From: a virus
IMG/VR virus record: IMGVR_UViG_3300035698_003924
Coordinates: 3,998 to 67,997 of that record
Length of the DNA stretch: 64,000 bases
Strand: one strand, 5' to 3'
This document shows positions 10,319 to 18,215 of the stretch, piece after piece. A program made the translations under genes and the position numbers. A model generated the notes under the pieces. The model was not told the origin of the DNA and searched no databases. It saw nothing but the letters and a program-made list of their open reading frames with translations. The first letter of the stretch is position 1, and every line of letters begins with the position of its first letter.

Positions 10319-11264
10319 CAAGCAAGCATTTGTATCTGCCGGGCAACTCCCTTGGAAGCTTATCAAGAATCATCCAGACATGGTGTCAGCTGATGGGGTA
10401 ATCACACCGGTACATTTGCAGTTCAGCCCGACGAATAAGTGCAATGGCAACTGCACATGGTGCTCATGCTGTAACGAGGACAGGTCGCTAGAGTTGCCGA
10501 TAAGCGAGATTGCGGATATCGCTGAGTACTTCGGCAGCTTGGATACCCAGGCGGTGACTATCACGGGCGGCGGCGAACCCACTATGCACCCGGAGTTCGA
10601 TGCTATCATACGGCTATTCGAGCAACAGTCTATCGCCGTGGGACTGGTGACCAATGGTATCATACTGTCTAAGACTACAGATGATCTTACGTACCTCGAT
10701 GAAGCTATGACGTGGATGCGCATATCCGTGACAGATACCGAGGGCAATTACGACTATAACCGGATTGTCAGAATCTGCAATAAGCTGCCCAACGTAGACG
10801 TTGGTATCAGCTTTGTGGTTGGCCATGAGGTCAACATGTCCACGGCTCGTGGTGTCTGTAACATCGCTACCGCGATTGACAACATCACGCATATCCGTTT
10901 CGTCCAAGATATCATGGACCCAGACAATGTGCAGATGCGGCGAGTACAGCGGGAGTGCAGCGGCATCACTGATAAGGCAATCTTCCAGTACCGAGATACC
11001 TTCACCGGTGGCTCAGAGTGTTGCGGCATAAGTCTACTGAAGCCCGTGCTTTGGGCTGACGGTTACATCTACCCATGCTGCGGGGTGCAGTATGCATCAG
11101 ACGATCTACACCACATGCCAGAATCCTACCGTATGTGCAAGTGGACACAGTTTGAAGGTGCGGCCTCCTTCAACGGTACCCGCTGCAAGAAGTGCTACTA
11201 TAAGAGCTACAATGATTGTCTGGAATCATTGCAAGGGGAGTTGAAACATGAAGCCTTCGTGTAA
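10308..11264 (+). CDS. Radical SAM protein with SPASM/twitch-like C-terminus
   Basis: CNGNCTWC (CxxxCxxC), TGGGEPTMHP, VTNG, DGYIYPCC...CKKC. Confidence 0.9.
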   Translation: MMDNKQAFVSAGQLPWKLIKNHPDMVSADGVITPVHLQFSPTNKCNGNCTWCSCCNEDRSLELPISEIADIAEYFGSLDTQAVTITGGGEPTMHPEFDAIIRLFEQQSIAVGLVTNGIILSKTTDDLTYLDEAMTWMRISVTDTEGNYDYNRIVRICNKLPNVDVGISFVVGHEVNMSTARGVCNIATAIDNITHIRFVQDIMDPDNVQMRRVQRECSGITDKAIFQYRDTFTGGSECCGISLLKPVLWADGYIYPCCGVQYASDDLHHMPESYRMCKWTQFEGAASFNGTRCKKCYYKSYNDCLESLQGELKHEAFV

Positions 11265-13725
11265 GCCAATATTCTGGACATGTTGTGACACAGCGGTGCT
11301 AGAGTTCATCGACGCGAATAGGGTACTACAAGACCTGAGTCGCGAGTATGACTTCTACTTCATGTGCTCAGGTACCAGTCTCCCACGCGTACGGGAGCTG
11401 TACCGAGGCCACCACATCAAGTGTATCAATGACTTCTGTGTGAAGGCTAACACGCTGTTCACGCTACTGCGACGCCGCAACGACTATGATGTGGTGATCC
11501 GCGTGGACATGGATGCTATACTTTTCAACGTGCCGGATTTGCTGAACCGGGCACAGGCGGCTGTAGACGCTAAGGTAATCATCGGCAACCAGTCACCCGA
11601 CAAACGCTACGACTATATCCGAGGCGGCTGCAACATTAGCTCCCGTGCTGTGATCGAGACGATAGGTCGTCTATACTCGGACAATCCGCTAGAGTTTGAT
11701 CCGGTGTATAGCGACGCAGCGGTAGCGGCAGGTGCTGTCCTTGATAGGCAGCCGATCTTTGAGGAGAGCTTGGTCTATGGCGGTACCGCCCCGACGTGGC
11801 ACCCGTTGAAGTACGGCGGGAACCCACCCACGATAGCTCAGTTCAAGACCAACATCGCTGGCTACGTCAAGCCCGAGCCAGTGGCTGCACCTGCACCCGC
11901 GCCCACCGGGAATAAGATACCGAAACACATGCACTTCTTTTGGGGCGACAGCCCTATGTCGTGGATGAGGTATATGACGTTGCAGTCCTTCTGTAAAACG
12001 AATCCCGACTGGGAGACTACGCTACATACGTCCGCCGCAGCGATAACAAAGAAGCCCTGGCATGAACACAACACCCAGGATTTCTTCAATTACACCGGCG
12101 AGGATTATCGTAGCCGCCTAAGCGACTTGCCCATCAACATCGAGACTGACTGGAAGCCGCCAGCAGGATTCAGTGAAACACCCATCAATGTCTGTGCCTC
12201 ACATCAGAGCAACTTCTTCAAGTGGACTACACTGGCCACTCAGGGCGGCTGGTACTCCGACATGGACATACTCTTTGTCAAGAGTCTGAATCCACTGGCC
12301 GAACGCATGGAGGATAGGTCAGTAGACACTGGCATCTGTTTCGATGGCCGGAGTCTACTCATCGGCTTCATGTGTTCCACACCTGATAACAGATTCTTTG
12401 CTGATATAGCGAAGGCCGCACACGAGAGTTACAATGTGAACAACTACCAGTGTGCGGGTGTCCACGCTGCGTATGCGGCGATATACGGCATGGAAGGCCG
12501 TAAAAAGATGAATGGCGCAGAGATACTCCAGGATATTGAAAGCAGGTACCCCTACCTGGAGCTGTATAGTATCCCGACGCAGTACGTGTACCCCTGGTAC
12601 TATAATAGTTTGGATAAGGTCTATCAGGAGAGCCACGACCTGCCCGAAGATACACTGGGTATCCACTGGTACGGTGGCGACCCACTATCGCAGAAGTACA
12701 ATAGCGTTCTGACGGATCAGAACTATGGCATCTACAAGAGTACATTTTGCAGGTACGCGCGTGAGGTGATACCGATTGACGCACGGGTCGCCCCGGTCAA
12801 AGATACCGAGATTAAGTTAATCAGGCAGCCGGTATTCGCGGCTGAAGTGGAACCTATCCCCAAACATATGCACCTATTTTGGGGTAGTAGCCCGCTGTCT
12901 TGGCTCCGGTATCTGACACTCGAGTCCTTTTGTAAAACGAATCCCGACTGGAAGGTCACGTTGCACACGTCCTCCAGTTGCAACGACGTGGATAAGCCCT
13001 GGGGTGATGCTAATTTTCAGGACTTCTTCGCGTACACCGGTCCAGACTATATGCCACTGGCATCGAAGCTGCCCATCACGGTGGACAGCAACTGGGGTCC
13101 ACCTGCGGGCTACGAGCCATTGCCCGATACGATGGGGCCATCGCATAAGAGTAACTTCTTCAAGTGGATGACACTCGCGGAGCAGGGCGGCTGGTATGCT
13201 GACTTTGACATCCTGTTTCTACGCAGTTTGAATCAGCTGCATGATAAGGTAACAGCATCTAAGGCCACAACCGGCATGACCTTTGATGGTACGAATCTGC
13301 TTATCGGTTTCATGTTCTCCGTGCCAAATAATCCATTCTTCCGTGAGGTAGCCAAACACGCGTATGGTTGTTACAACCCGGCGAAGTACCAGTGTGTCGG
13401 TGGGCGCTCGATATACTGGATGCTGTACGGTACAGGCTTCGGCGGTGTAATCGGTCACCGTTCGATATGGGATGATCTGACTGTGCTGTATCCGGATTGT
13501 AACTTTTACAACATACCCATGCACATCGTGTACCCCTGGCCGCATAACCGGATGCGTTGTGTCTTTGAGCGTCGCTACAACATGGGTCAGCTCAACGAGG
13601 AGACCGTGGGTGTCCACTGGTTTGGCGGCTGTGAACAGGCACAACAGTACAACAATGAGATGTTAGATACCACTATCGGCGACTACGATAACACCTTCAC
13701 GATCCTGAGAGGCGCGCAGCCATGA
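11248..13725 (+). CDS. Three-domain glycosyltransferase: N-terminal DxD GT-A domain plus two tandem GT32 (alpha-1,4-transferase-like) domains
   Basis: RVDMDA; two copies of IPKHMHxFWG..SFCKTNPDW..HxSNFFKW..QGGWYxDxDILF. Confidence 0.85.
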   Translation: MKPSCKPIFWTCCDTAVLEFIDANRVLQDLSREYDFYFMCSGTSLPRVRELYRGHHIKCINDFCVKANTLFTLLRRRNDYDVVIRVDMDAILFNVPDLLNRAQAAVDAKVIIGNQSPDKRYDYIRGGCNISSRAVIETIGRLYSDNPLEFDPVYSDAAVAAGAVLDRQPIFEESLVYGGTAPTWHPLKYGGNPPTIAQFKTNIAGYVKPEPVAAPAPAPTGNKIPKHMHFFWGDSPMSWMRYMTLQSFCKTNPDWETTLHTSAAAITKKPWHEHNTQDFFNYTGEDYRSRLSDLPINIETDWKPPAGFSETPINVCASHQSNFFKWTTLATQGGWYSDMDILFVKSLNPLAERMEDRSVDTGICFDGRSLLIGFMCSTPDNRFFADIAKAAHESYNVNNYQCAGVHAAYAAIYGMEGRKKMNGAEILQDIESRYPYLELYSIPTQYVYPWYYNSLDKVYQESHDLPEDTLGIHWYGGDPLSQKYNSVLTDQNYGIYKSTFCRYAREVIPIDARVAPVKDTEIKLIRQPVFAAEVEPIPKHMHLFWGSSPLSWLRYLTLESFCKTNPDWKVTLHTSSSCNDVDKPWGDANFQDFFAYTGPDYMPLASKLPITVDSNWGPPAGYEPLPDTMGPSHKSNFFKWMTLAEQGGWYADFDILFLRSLNQLHDKVTASKATTGMTFDGTNLLIGFMFSVPNNPFFREVAKHAYGCYNPAKYQCVGGRSIYWMLYGTGFGGVIGHRSIWDDLTVLYPDCNFYNIPMHIVYPWPHNRMRCVFERRYNMGQLNEETVGVHWFGGCEQAQQYNNEMLDTTIGDYDNTFTILRGAQP

Positions 13726-15059
13726 ACAACATACGCGTCGTAGCTTTCTACACAATCGACACCCCGTACGAACAAGAGGTGGAGGTCTTACGCGCATCGT
13801 TAGTTGAAAATGGTGTCCGGCATCATATAGCGGGCTACCCGTCACGCGGGAGTTGGGTGGCAAACTGTGGGGTCAAACCTGAGTTTCTGCTGAGTGTACT
13901 GCGGCTGTTCCGCAACGATGATTTATTGTATCTCGATGCGGATGCCGTGGTGCAAGGGTCACTGGATTATTTTCGTAGACTCAGCACGGATGTCGGCGTA
14001 CACTACAAGGACGGCAAGGAGCTACTCAGTGGCACGATCTTCTTGAAGAATAATATCCGTGTAGAGGCGTTGCTAGAGTGCTGGCTAGCCGAACAGCGCA
14101 AAGCCCCGACAGAATGGGACCAGCGTGTTTTAGCCAAGTTGCTGGCCACATATTATACCAGCGGGCTAATGATTGAAGATATACCGCCGGAATACTGCAA
14201 GATTTTCGATAAAGATATGGGCATCGGGGACACCGAGCCTGTCATCGTACACAATCAAGCTAGCAGACGGTTCAAGGAGGCCGTGAATATGTCAAAAGAG
14301 AAGCCCGTACACACATTCAAAGACGTTCCTGTGGAGTTGTTTGGTCTGAGGATTCGACGTGGCGGGGATGGCACGATCTGGATATCGCGGAAGAACAGGC
14401 AAGTCATCGACTACCTGGACCAGCGATACACGCGGGTGCCGGGAACCTTGAAATGGTACCCTAAGGCTGAGGCCGCTCAACCGTTTGAGTCCGAGAGGGT
14501 TCACTTTGACGGGGTGGGCTGTTACTTGGTGGGTAAAGGCCCAAGCCTGGATGAGCTGACTCGGGCAGATTTTACGAATCCTACGTGGCCCATCATCGCG
14601 ATCAACGATGCGATCCACAAGGTAGAGAGTCTGGAGTTGTCGAATCCCATGTACTGTGCCCAACAGGATACGAGCCTACAGGATACATGTAAGCCCGCGA
14701 CGGGTAAGCTATTCGTGGCTCACCAGTCGAGACACTTCTACGCAGACTTCCGAAACAAGTTTGTGTTCCATCCAGTAGACCTGGAACTCAGCTCCAGTTC
14801 GCTGACAGTCTTGTGTGCTATCAAGATTGCGAAAATCTTAGGTACAAAGCAGTTCACGATGCTGTGTTTCGATGCTTGCGTAAATCGAGAGACAGCCTAT
14901 GCAGAGTGCATAGGCTATTCTCCCGACCATCATGGTGGACCGCCGTCGCGGTTCCTTGTACACCGTGAGAAAATTGATAAGCTACTCGACAAGACGTCTG
15001 CAATCTGGCTTACACCCAGACTCCCTGTGAGCAGAGTAGACGATATACCTCCGCAGTAG
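13722..15059 (+). CDS. Two-domain glycosyltransferase: nucleotide-diphospho-sugar transferase plus Maf/DUF115/sialyltransferase-like domain
   Basis: LLYLDADA and WDQ motifs; C-terminal YLVGKGPSL...IIAIND. Confidence 0.7.
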   Translation: MNNIRVVAFYTIDTPYEQEVEVLRASLVENGVRHHIAGYPSRGSWVANCGVKPEFLLSVLRLFRNDDLLYLDADAVVQGSLDYFRRLSTDVGVHYKDGKELLSGTIFLKNNIRVEALLECWLAEQRKAPTEWDQRVLAKLLATYYTSGLMIEDIPPEYCKIFDKDMGIGDTEPVIVHNQASRRFKEAVNMSKEKPVHTFKDVPVELFGLRIRRGGDGTIWISRKNRQVIDYLDQRYTRVPGTLKWYPKAEAAQPFESERVHFDGVGCYLVGKGPSLDELTRADFTNPTWPIIAINDAIHKVESLELSNPMYCAQQDTSLQDTCKPATGKLFVAHQSRHFYADFRNKFVFHPVDLELSSSSLTVLCAIKIAKILGTKQFTMLCFDACVNRETAYAECIGYSPDHHGGPPSRFLVHREKIDKLLDKTSAIWLTPRLPVSRVDDIPPQ

Positions 15060-15639
15060 TGATACAGTCCTGAAGGGCATCGTGTGCTCGTAATGTCTGC
15101 ACACCAAGCTTCTTCGCCAGCGCCTGTAGACCTACTTTGGAGTAGGGAACTTTGGCTCCGTGCATGGCTGCCCGGTCATTCAAAAACTGGGCGGTCAGCA
15201 TGGAGTCTTTGTAATGGTAGTGGAAGAACTCATCGTATACGTCTGCCGTGAGCCACCGCTGGATGAAGCCACGGTCGAACGCATAGTTCTGACCAAGCGG
15301 GATGATTTTGTGTGGGTTACCCCAACGGGTAACGGGTAGCCCTAGCTTCTTGACCCACTCCCGTAGCATGTCGATAGCCTTGAGGGGATCGTGGCCGGTA
15401 TCCATAGCTCTAGCCATCTGTTCCCGATTCATCCTGATAGCTTCGGGGTCAATGGTATGCTCATTCTCGATCTTCATCTCGATGTAGAATGGTGCTACGT
15501 CCTTACGGGGTTTGAAGTTTGAATCCAGCGCCAAGATACTGAGTTGCCAAATCTCGTGGCGCGTGGAGTCCAGACCCGTAGTCTCAGTGTCGATAGCGCA
15601 CACCTGATTCCCGTTCCAATGCTGCATACACTTAGCCAT
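15010..15639 (-). CDS. DEDDh 3'-5' exonuclease
   Basis: AIDTETTGLD, NYAFDRGF, HDALQD. Confidence 0.9.
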   Translation of the reverse strand: MAKCMQHWNGNQVCAIDTETTGLDSTRHEIWQLSILALDSNFKPRKDVAPFYIEMKIENEHTIDPEAIRMNREQMARAMDTGHDPLKAIDMLREWVKKLGLPVTRWGNPHKIIPLGQNYAFDRGFIQRWLTADVYDEFFHYHYKDSMLTAQFLNDRAAMHGAKVPYSKVGLQALAKKLGVQTLRAHDALQDCITTAEVYRLLCSQGVWV

Positions 15640-15833
15640 TAGGTTACTCCCCTATGCAGGACGATCTGGAAGGCTTGTTCCTCGGAGAAACCGGCCTCGA
15701 TGTAGCCTTGGTACATTGTATGTAGCATCCTCGCCATATTTCTGGCGGACTCCTGTATCATATCCTGGTTGCTGGCGATTGACAGCAACGCTTTTTCCAT
15801 CTCTGCGCGTTCCTCCGGCGTCGGCTCTGCCAC
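15639..15833 (-). CDS. Hypothetical protein
   Basis: GTG start at 15833 with AAGGAG RBS; YQGYIEAGFSEEQAF tail. Confidence 0.55.
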   Translation of the reverse strand: MAEPTPEERAEMEKALLSIASNQDMIQESARNMARMLHTMYQGYIEAGFSEEQAFQIVLHRGVT

Positions 15834-15837
15834 GGTG

Positions 15838-16713
15838 TTACTCCTTGATCCAAAGACACTCTGTTTGCGGGGTACGTTCTTGCAAGTGAGCCACATGCCC
15901 CTTGTTATTACCCTCGCTACCATTGACACCTTGTATCGAACTGTGAACGTCCCAAGTATATTTCGTGTCCCAGTCATACCCATCGTACAACGGATTCGAG
16001 AAACCAGATACTGCTACGAACCCCTGCATATCCATAACAGTGTTGAGCAACTCGCGGTGCTGGTCTTTCGTGAGTTCGTTGCCATACGATCCTGAGTAGG
16101 CACCAAGATACGGCGGGTCCAGATAGAACACAGCATCCGGCCCGTCGTAATCGTGTAAGCAACCCGCGTAGTCCCTGTTCTCTATCTGAACATGGCGGAA
16201 GCGAGTGTGTATCTCAGGGAATAGTCCAAGTTTGCCTTTCGCGATTCCCGCAATCCGTGCAACGGCGCTAGTGGCCCGTCCCCAGTTACGACTGAGCTGA
16301 CCAAAGGACGTCTTGGTCATGTAGTACCAACGGGCAGCGCGTTCCACATCATCTTGACACCCTTCCCATGTGGCTTTACACCAGACGAACTCCTCTCTGC
16401 TGTGTACCGTCAAGTCCAGTCTGTCTATGAGGGCGTTCAATTTGGTAGCGTCACGGATACATCTGTAGAAGGCAACAACACCCGCGTAACGGTCATTGAA
16501 TACCTCCAGCTTCGACCGTTCCCGCGCTATCAGTACCGCGCCAGAGCCACCGAAGGGTTCGATGTACGCGTCACGATAGGGCAGTAACGGTAGTATCTGC
16601 TTCACGGATTTGGACTTCCCGCCAGGGTAACCGAATGGTGCACGTAGCACCTTCTTATCGGTAGACGCAGCGGTCTGATTGTCCAAATCATTGAAGGCAT
16701 CAAGTAGACTCAT
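15838..16713 (-). CDS. DNA adenine methyltransferase (Dam/D12 class)
   Basis: YPGGK, YIEPFGGSGAV, FYLDPPY. Confidence 0.9.
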   Translation of the reverse strand: MSLLDAFNDLDNQTAASTDKKVLRAPFGYPGGKSKSVKQILPLLPYRDAYIEPFGGSGAVLIARERSKLEVFNDRYAGVVAFYRCIRDATKLNALIDRLDLTVHSREEFVWCKATWEGCQDDVERAARWYYMTKTSFGQLSRNWGRATSAVARIAGIAKGKLGLFPEIHTRFRHVQIENRDYAGCLHDYDGPDAVFYLDPPYLGAYSGSYGNELTKDQHRELLNTVMDMQGFVAVSGFSNPLYDGYDWDTKYTWDVHSSIQGVNGSEGNNKGHVAHLQERTPQTECLWIKE

Positions 16714-16922
16714 ACGCGGGCCTCCCTGAGTATCCTTTGACAGATGACACCGGATTTTTCTAGCTGGCCGGTGTCGGTGAACCCGGCATTATTACCCATG
16801 TAGTCGATACCGTGGTCCTCGTAGTAGACCATCATTGCTTCTGCCAGTTTTATAACTGACATGAACGCTGGAATATCCTTGCGCTCCAGCTCGATCCTAA
16901 GCTCGGCGGGGTAGATTCTCAT
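16710..16922 (-). CDS. Hypothetical protein
   Basis: Coupled overlaps in the leftward operon. Confidence 0.5.
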   Translation of the reverse strand: MRIYPAELRIELERKDIPAFMSVIKLAEAMMVYYEDHGIDYMGNNAGFTDTGQLEKSGVICQRILREARV

Positions 16923-17128
16923 AACGCCTCCGACAGCCGGCTACAGAATGACTCAATCGCTCCGGCGTCTGCGACTGTGGGTACACCGGCATCAATACAG
17001 ACGCTATTCACCTGTTTGTTTTGTAGCGAGTTATTCAGTGCCGGTATAGCGATTTTCACAATCGCCCGCAGCATCGCTACTTCGTTAGCTTCTAAGCTAA
17101 GGTCGATACCCTTGGTCTTGATCTTCAT
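16919..17128 (-). CDS. Hypothetical protein
   Basis: Coupled overlaps in the leftward operon. Confidence 0.5.
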   Translation of the reverse strand: MKIKTKGIDLSLEANEVAMLRAIVKIAIPALNNSLQNKQVNSVCIDAGVPTVADAGAIESFCSRLSEAL

Positions 17129-18027
17129 GATGTCTCCTCGTTGAATCTCCGCTGGCAGTTCGGGCAGAAACGGAATGCCTGGAAGTTATTGACTGACTCC
17201 CGTTCGTAATGGTGTTCATGCCCCTCTTGGTGTGCTTGCTCGTACCGGATACCATCTGTATCGAACCAGTAGTCTATACCGTCGATACAGTTCGGACATC
17301 GCTCGATCACTGGCTCGACAGGCGGGGCATCACCATGTTTCAGGAAGTGTGCCAAGAACATTGCGTTGCAGAGCATGTGCGCCCAGTGGGGCAAGTCGCT
17401 CTCCCCGTCTCGGTGCCCACCTGCCATAGCCGCAGCGTAGTGGCGCATCATTGCAGCAAAGTATCGTTCCTTGCCGTTCTCAACCTTCTGCCAATTATCA
17501 GCAGCATACTTCTGTGCGCCAAAGGTCAGTACCTCTGCGACGCCCTGCAACACCGGCAGATTCAGCAAATCCCAACGGGCCTTATCGTCGTCGAACTTCA
17601 TACCCGATTCCATGTCGCGCCTTTCTAGCTCGTCCAGCCGTGACTGTTCAATCATTTTATACCTCAGTCTCCAGTATTCGGTCAATATGTTCAAGGCACT
17701 CGCCTGACGGAGCTTATCACCGTCAATCGGTGCGGGCTCCTTGGGCACATATTCGTATAGTTCGCGCATACCGTTGATTATGGCCTGTTCATAGATGCCC
17801 TCACCGTAGTTAGTAATATCCGTATCGGTTATTGTGACCCTGTAAGACTGGCCACTGGCCTTGTGGGTCACCTCACAGTGGCATACCCGCATGTCTTGGA
17901 CACGCTCCCACGGGCTAACGTCAAACAGCTTTCGGAATTCATAGTCCTTGAAGGAGGCCGGAGTCCCAATGTAAGAGCATCGCCGGTCTTTGGACATTTC
18001 ATGCCGGTCTAGTACAGGTTCACTCAT
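17125..18027 (-). CDS. dATP/dGTP diphosphohydrolase (DUF5664-like) domain protein
   Basis: KFDDDKARWDLL..VLTFGAQKYAADNW..RH..DGESDLPHWAHMLCN; probable start 18027. Confidence 0.8.
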   Translation of the reverse strand: MSEPVLDRHEMSKDRRCSYIGTPASFKDYEFRKLFDVSPWERVQDMRVCHCEVTHKASGQSYRVTITDTDITNYGEGIYEQAIINGMRELYEYVPKEPAPIDGDKLRQASALNILTEYWRLRYKMIEQSRLDELERRDMESGMKFDDDKARWDLLNLPVLQGVAEVLTFGAQKYAADNWQKVENGKERYFAAMMRHYAAAMAGGHRDGESDLPHWAHMLCNAMFLAHFLKHGDAPPVEPVIERCPNCIDGIDYWFDTDGIRYEQAHQEGHEHHYERESVNNFQAFRFCPNCQRRFNEETS

Positions 18028-18215
18028 TCCACCACCCTCCCACAGGCCCATTGATTTTTCTTATCAAGTATCTCAAGGTTCGGTATCCCGGCGACGTTCA
18101 CGCCGATGAAGTGTGTCTCGCCTACACGTATGTACCGAGAGGCACCTTCCTCTAGCGAGTACAGCAATAACTTCTGCTGCTCCGCTGTCAGCTTATCGAG
18201 TAGTTCTCTCAGCAT
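18024..18215 (-). CDS. Hypothetical protein
   Basis: Coupled to both neighbours. Confidence 0.5.
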   Translation of the reverse strand: MLRELLDKLTAEQQKLLLYSLEEGASRYIRVGETHFIGVNVAGIPNLEILDKKNQWACGRVVE

